This document shows positions 63,009 through 64,000 of a stretch of 64,000 bases of DNA, in pieces. A program made the translations under genes and the position numbers. Positions within the stretch are counted from its first letter, which is position 1, and each line of letters begins with the position of its first letter. The notes beneath the pieces were generated by a model. The model ran no database searches. It saw only the letters and a program-made list of their open reading frames with translations, and was not told the DNA's origin. Source of the DNA: an uncultured Planctomycetaceae bacterium. GTDB taxonomy: Bacteria > Planctomycetota > Planctomycetia > Pirellulales > PNKZ01. The DNA lies in the NCBI GenBank assembly GCA_964652155.1, contig CAZZBK010000001.1, forward strand, positions 61,095 to 125,094, in the 5' to 3' direction.

Positions 63009-64000
63009 ATGTCACAGATTCTACCGCCCGACCTCGAACAACAAAGCGATTTTCCGGAGAGTTTTTTGCCGCTCGACGGACATCTCCGCTGGACCGATGA
63101 CGCGCCGTCGTCATTGCAGGAACGATCGGATTGGACGAGCCAGGGGGCTGCCTGGCGGCAGTGGCGCAAACACCTGAGTTCGCGACGTGCTCCGCGCGCG
63201 TTGCTGCGACTGTGGCCGCTGGGCGAGTGCCCGTTGCAATGGGCGCGCCCGGCGATCGACGAGTCGCGGGACGATCGGTCCCCCTGGGAGCTTGTCATTC
63301 AGTCCTGGAGTAAGCAGGAGCGATTGGCGCACTATGCCCACGAGCGTTTGGCGGCGCTGCTCGACACGTGGTTGGCGGATAGCGCCGCGGGCGGAGAGCG
63401 ACTTGCCTGCGACGCGCTGGCCTATGCCTACGCGCTGCCGCAACTGGTCGAGCACCTCGCTCCGCAGGCTTGGTGGGCGTTGCTGGCCCGGTTGATCGAC
63501 CTGAGCACCGAGCCGCGCGGCGACGAACAGCACGAACTCGGCGCGGCGTGGCAGGTTATGGCCGGCGAACTACCGTTGACGCTCGCCTATTTGTTTCCGG
63601 AGATCGAGAACACGCAGGCACTCGGCGACCGCGCCGGCGAAGTGCTCTCGGCCGGGCTCCATGAGTTGCTCGATGAAGCGGCGCTGCCGCGAGCTGGGCG
63701 ATCGGGCGTGACGCCCGCGGCGCTCGTCAGTGACCTTGCGCACTTGCTCGCGTCGTGGTATCGCTGTCGCAAACTTACGCCCCGGCACATGGCCGCGTGC
63801 TGGGATGAGTCGGCCGAGACGCGGCTCACGGCAGCCGCGCAGAACTTGTTTCGCCTCTCACGTGGCAATGGCACGCTGGCCTGGAGTGCCGACAGCCCGT
63901 CATCGACCCATGCGCTCGCTTGGTTGCAGCGACAAGTCGAGTCGCGCGGGGACCGTGTCACGCGGCGCATGGCGGCGGCGGCGGTATCTCGAGCCCGCAA
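63009..64000 (+). CDS. Hypothetical protein, 5' part; the gene continues past the right edge
   Basis: This ORF is not in the supplied track because it has no stop codon in the window. My translation from the ATG at 63009 is MSQILPPDLEQQSDFPESFLPLDGHLRWTDDAPSSLQERSDWTSQGAAWRQWRK...LAYAYALPQLVEHLAPQAWWALLARLIDLS...AAAAVSRAR. It stays open for 330 codons to the edge and has G/C-rich third positions like neighbouring genes. The listed overlapping ORFs (63111..63533 -, 63187..63495 +) look like shadow ORFs. Confidence 0.6.
   Translation, partial: MSQILPPDLEQQSDFPESFLPLDGHLRWTDDAPSSLQERSDWTSQGAAWRQWRKHLSSRRAPRALLRLWPLGECPLQWARPAIDESRDDRSPWELVIQSWSKQERLAHYAHERLAALLDTWLADSAAGGERLACDALAYAYALPQLVEHLAPQAWWALLARLIDLSTEPRGDEQHELGAAWQVMAGELPLTLAYLFPEIENTQALGDRAGEVLSAGLHELLDEAALPRAGRSGVTPAALVSDLAHLLASWYRCRKLTPRHMAACWDESAETRLTAAAQNLFRLSRGNGTLAWSADSPSSTHALAWLQRQVESRGDRVTRRMAAAAVSRAR

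Noticed and set aside
1-64000. Looked for CRISPR arrays, tRNA/rRNA/tmRNA/RNase P signatures, transposases, integrases, reverse transcriptases, toxin-antitoxin pairs and restriction-modification genes
   Set aside because: I saw no regularly spaced direct repeats, no cloverleaf-like or conserved RNA core strings, and no product with the relevant catalytic motifs. Absence is judged by eye only and should be confirmed with tRNAscan-SE, Infernal and defence-system finders.

Overview
This is a 64-kb high-GC window with dense coding on both strands. I found no rRNA, tRNA, CRISPR array, transposase or integrase by eye. The gene content looks like a Planctomycetota (Pirellulales-like) chromosome. Supporting families are DUF1501, a DUF1559/H-X9-DG pseudopilin-like domain, a dehydrogenase/HEAT/haem-c giant protein, a BatA-N plus vWA protein, MoxR plus DUF58, two ECF sigma factors and giant secreted proteins. 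This taxon call is inference from recognised motifs, not from a search.

Main blocks:
- 1-5021 (-): a cbb3 oxidase cluster. Its order is di-haem cytochrome c, membrane protein, ccoN, ccoO, a CcoS-like protein, a small membrane protein, then a ccoI fragment at the left edge that is missing from the ORF track.
- 9.4-13.6 kb (-): an ECF sigma factor, an anti-sigma factor fused to a DUF1559 pseudopilin-like domain, and an ArnT-like glycosyltransferase.
- 14.3-16.7 kb (+): an orphan ClpP-like protein and an OprO/P-like porin.
- 22.4-25.2 kb (-): histidine kinase, psd, pssA.
- 29.5-35.4 kb (-): a 1964-aa protein with a P-domain, two BNR propeller modules and C-terminal repeats.
- 39.3-61.7 kb (+): a long co-directional block. 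It holds an ECF sigma factor, a 1570-aa single-pass protein with PQQ-like repeats, and a seven-gene Bat-like cluster. That cluster runs prenyltransferase-like, BatA-N/vWA, vWA, membrane protein, 1555-aa coiled-coil protein, MoxR, DUF58. I consider it the best candidate for a poorly described system.

Non-coding observations:
- An approximately 83-nt two-hairpin element occurs twice (16835-16917 and 61069-61151), 74/83 identical by hand alignment.
- A long imperfect AT-rich palindrome lies at 37742-37820.
- A good intrinsic-terminator-like hairpin lies at 39231-39272.
- A 684-bp intergenic region with an AT-rich core lies at 13636-14319.
- Short repeated motifs occur in two promoter regions.

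All domain calls rest on motif recognition in the supplied or self-made translations. No database search was possible. Many long antisense ORFs in the track are treated as high-GC shadow ORFs.
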